The translations under genes and the position numbers were made by a program. A DNA stretch of 64,000 bases. Origin: an uncultured Methanoregulaceae archaeon (lineage in GTDB: Archaea > Halobacteriota > Methanomicrobia > Methanomicrobiales > Methanospirillaceae). The stretch is taken from assembly GCA_963737635.1 (NCBI GenBank), contig CAVTTL010000001.1:544001-608000 (forward strand), written 5' to 3'. Every line of letters begins with the position of its first letter. The first letter of the stretch is position 1. The notes under the pieces are model-generated. The model saw only the letters and a program-made list of their open reading frames with translations, had not been told where the DNA came from and ran no database searches. Shown here in pieces: positions 61,731-64,000 of this stretch.

Positions 61731-62497
61731 ATTCCTCTTTTACCGTCACCGGCCTTTCCACAGGCATTATCCGGCCCAATGATCCGTTCACCGACCGGAT
61801 CATTGCGGCTGCAGACGCTGCCTGCGGAGGATTTGTGGACGGGGATGTCCTTGTCCTCGCCGAAACTGCGGTCGCCACAGCCGAAGGGAACGTGGTCAGG
61901 CTCGATACAATAACCCCTTCCCCCCACGCAAAGGAACTGGCACAGCAGTACCACATGGATCCTCGCACCGTCGAAGTCGTCCTCGCCCAAAGCAACTCGA
62001 TCGTTGGGGGGATACCAGGTTTTCTTCTCTGTATGAAGCAGGGCACGCTCCTTCCGAATGCGGGTGTAGATGCTTCGAACGCCCCGCCTGGTTCTATTGT
62101 TCCTCTGCCGGTTGATCCCGACAAAAGTGCTGTGGGTATCCGGGACGAAATTGCACGACGGTGTCATGCACGGATTGGCGTTATTATCGCTGACAGCAGA
62201 ACACATGCCATGCGCCTTGGCTGCTCTGGGGTCGCAATAGGCTGTGCAGGTATCACTTCTGTTATCGATGACCAGGGACGATCTGACCTGTTTGGCCGGA
62301 AGCTCGAAGTGACCAAGCGTGCAGTTGCCGATAATATCGCCTCTGCTGCCGAAATTGTGATGGGTGAAGCAGATGAGTGCACACCAGCCGCGATAGTCCG
62401 GGGCCTTGGCATTCCTATCGGTGATCAGGTAGGGGTCGATACCATTGATGCAGATGAGTGTCTGTTCATGGGCGCCTTTCGCAAGAACCTGATCTGA
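61727..62497 (+). CDS. CofE-family gamma-glutamyl ligase (possible FolC2-type folate ligase)
   Basis: PNAGVDASN, LPVDPD, DSRT..MR.G, DLFGRKL, ADNIASAA..MGEADE.TP. Confidence 0.88.
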   Translation: MNSSFTVTGLSTGIIRPNDPFTDRIIAAADAACGGFVDGDVLVLAETAVATAEGNVVRLDTITPSPHAKELAQQYHMDPRTVEVVLAQSNSIVGGIPGFLLCMKQGTLLPNAGVDASNAPPGSIVPLPVDPDKSAVGIRDEIARRCHARIGVIIADSRTHAMRLGCSGVAIGCAGITSVIDDQGRSDLFGRKLEVTKRAVADNIASAAEIVMGEADECTPAAIVRGLGIPIGDQVGVDTIDADECLFMGAFRKNLI

Positions 62498-62537
62498 AGC
62501 CAGTGTATCCTGATCCATTCTTCGGGTTTTCTCATAC

Positions 62538-62918
62538 CTATACCTGATCAGAGATCACCGAAGAGGTAAAATTATAGGCACAGTCAAGGTCGGCGAACTC
62601 GGAAAAGGAGAATGTTTCAGTCATTTTTTGCCGGGGTAAAATCGACGGAATATTAAATGTCGCCGATTGGGAATGGCAGTACGCAGTAATCGGCATAAGT
62701 GTAACGTGTACTTCGACATTTTCGAATGTCCTGTTAGTCGGGTTCTCGATCCGAAAATCAGCGGTATAGAAATCAACCGAACCAACGTTTATTGTGGTAA
62801 ATGAGTCGAGATCGTTGCTTATAACCGTGATCTCGTTGTTTTGGGCCCGGGAAGAAATACAGCCAGCTCCAAGTACGCATGCGAACAACAGTAACAGGAT
62901 CCATAGGTACCACCGCAT
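62538..62918 (-). CDS. hypothetical lipoprotein
   Basis: GAGC lipobox followed by a beta-rich domain. Confidence 0.7.
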   Translation of the reverse strand: MRWYLWILLLLFACVLGAGCISSRAQNNEITVISNDLDSFTTINVGSVDFYTADFRIENPTNRTFENVEVHVTLMPITAYCHSQSATFNIPSILPRQKMTETFSFSEFADLDCAYNFTSSVISDQV

Positions 62919-63123
62919 ATCTGTTTCTCACCTTAGTTCATTGGCTATACCTTGTGCTGAACTATGTACCCGCATACAAAGAAAAAACAGATGGTCGGTT
63001 AGTGCCCACTAAAACAATATAGTTTAAGGCCACGTCTAAGCACACATGGGAGAACGGCCAGACGGGTCTGTTATGAACAGTTGTTTCACCTTGGACGTGC
63101 AATTGATTTTGTAAGGAAGAGCC

Positions 63124-63771
63124 ATGGGAGAGCCCCAACCCGAGAACGATCCGAACACGCCCGAACTCACCGGACCGCCCTTCTATCTGGAGGAATTCGA
63201 ACAATCTTATCGATACATCATCGACGAATACGAAATACAACCGAGGGATATCGCCATTTTCATACCTTGCGCAGTGAGAAAACCTTACAGTACAAGTCCA
63301 AGCCACCAGCTTATCCGGATGATCATCTCCCAGGTATTTGATGAGTCGAAGTACCATATTGTCATCTTTGGTACATGCGGAATCGTGCCTGCCGAACTTG
63401 AAACCATGTATCCCTATGCTCACTACAAGTATATGCTCGGAAAATGCAACGATGAGAAGATCAAAACGGACTTTCTTTCGATCGAGACCGATCGGATTGC
63501 AGGGTACCTCGAGAAGACACGGCACGCATACAAGTACCGGGTCGCCTATTGTATTGGTCTTTTCCGCGAAGCTCTGATTCAAGCCTCGAAGAAATCCGGG
63601 GTACCGATCGATCTTCTGCTCCCCACAAGAGACATGATTAACCGGGTGATCGAAGAAGAGGAATGCCGGTTCCAAGAGGGAAGTCTCTCAATGGACGAGT
63701 ACCTGGGCGAGTTCTGTGACAGCCTTATCCGGTTCAGGAATATGCATCCCGATCTTTCAAAAACAGAGTAA
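63124..63771 (+). CDS. stand-alone DUF5591/ArcS-like domain protein
   Basis: IFIPCAVRKPYSTSPSH and GIVPAELE.MYP..HY motifs. Confidence 0.8.
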   Translation: MGEPQPENDPNTPELTGPPFYLEEFEQSYRYIIDEYEIQPRDIAIFIPCAVRKPYSTSPSHQLIRMIISQVFDESKYHIVIFGTCGIVPAELETMYPYAHYKYMLGKCNDEKIKTDFLSIETDRIAGYLEKTRHAYKYRVAYCIGLFREALIQASKKSGVPIDLLLPTRDMINRVIEEEECRFQEGSLSMDEYLGEFCDSLIRFRNMHPDLSKTE

Positions 63772-63810
63772 CCGGATCATAGTTTCCCGATGAACGTCGA
63801 CATTTCTGCT

Positions 63811-64000
63811 CTACGATGGCAGCGACCGTATGACAAGGTAGAATGCACAGAGTGCGGCGACAAGACCTGCAACGGATAACGCCAGCACGGGAATAGGTTG
63901 CAGAATTACACCGTTATACTGCAGCACTTCTTTTATACCAAATAAAAAGAAGGCCAGTGCAAGGAACCAGCCATACGCCTTTTTCTTGTTAACAGCCGCA
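63811..64000 (-). CDS. small membrane protein, 5'-truncated by the window (paralog of 33900-34169)
   Basis: AAVNKKKAYGWFLALAFFLF..RSLPS* read manually. Confidence 0.65.
   Translation of the reverse strand, partial: AAVNKKKAYGWFLALAFFLFGIKEVLQYNGVILQPIPVLALSVAGLVAALCAFYLVIRSLPS

Overview
Archaeal chromosomal window from a hydrogenotrophic methanogen. Gene content (YcaO/TfuA, MfnA, CofE-like, DUF2115), kinase style and the 16S/23S sequences point to Methanomicrobiales, probably Methanoregula-like (inference). Most of it is housekeeping: ycaO-tfuA, pyrG-guaA-argD-hisC, hisD, lig/nreA, serA, ppsA-mfnA-hpt-dph2, smc-scpA, a glyA-folD-folP-cofE-like operon, tRNA-Val, and a complete minus-strand rRNA operon (16S-23S-tRNA-Cys-5S). 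Many conserved genes carry single-base indels or stray stops, most likely sequencing errors, so several proteins were rebuilt across frames by eye. Most notable: (1) a TPR-wHTH plus BrxD-like ATPase two-gene unit with no other BREX genes; (2) an anticodon-less tRNA-like minihelix in the 16S-23S spacer where tRNA-Ala normally sits; (3) a second, divergent and decayed 5S rRNA copy; (4) three tandem promoter plus C/D-box K-turn units in the rRNA leader; (5) a folate operon whose CofE-like gene may replace FolC; (6) a REC-HisKA-REC protein with no kinase ATPase domain; (7) a four-His cytochrome b561-like protein in a lineage regarded as lacking cytochromes; (8) a decayed integrase islet with an FkbM cargo gene and a perfect AT palindrome.
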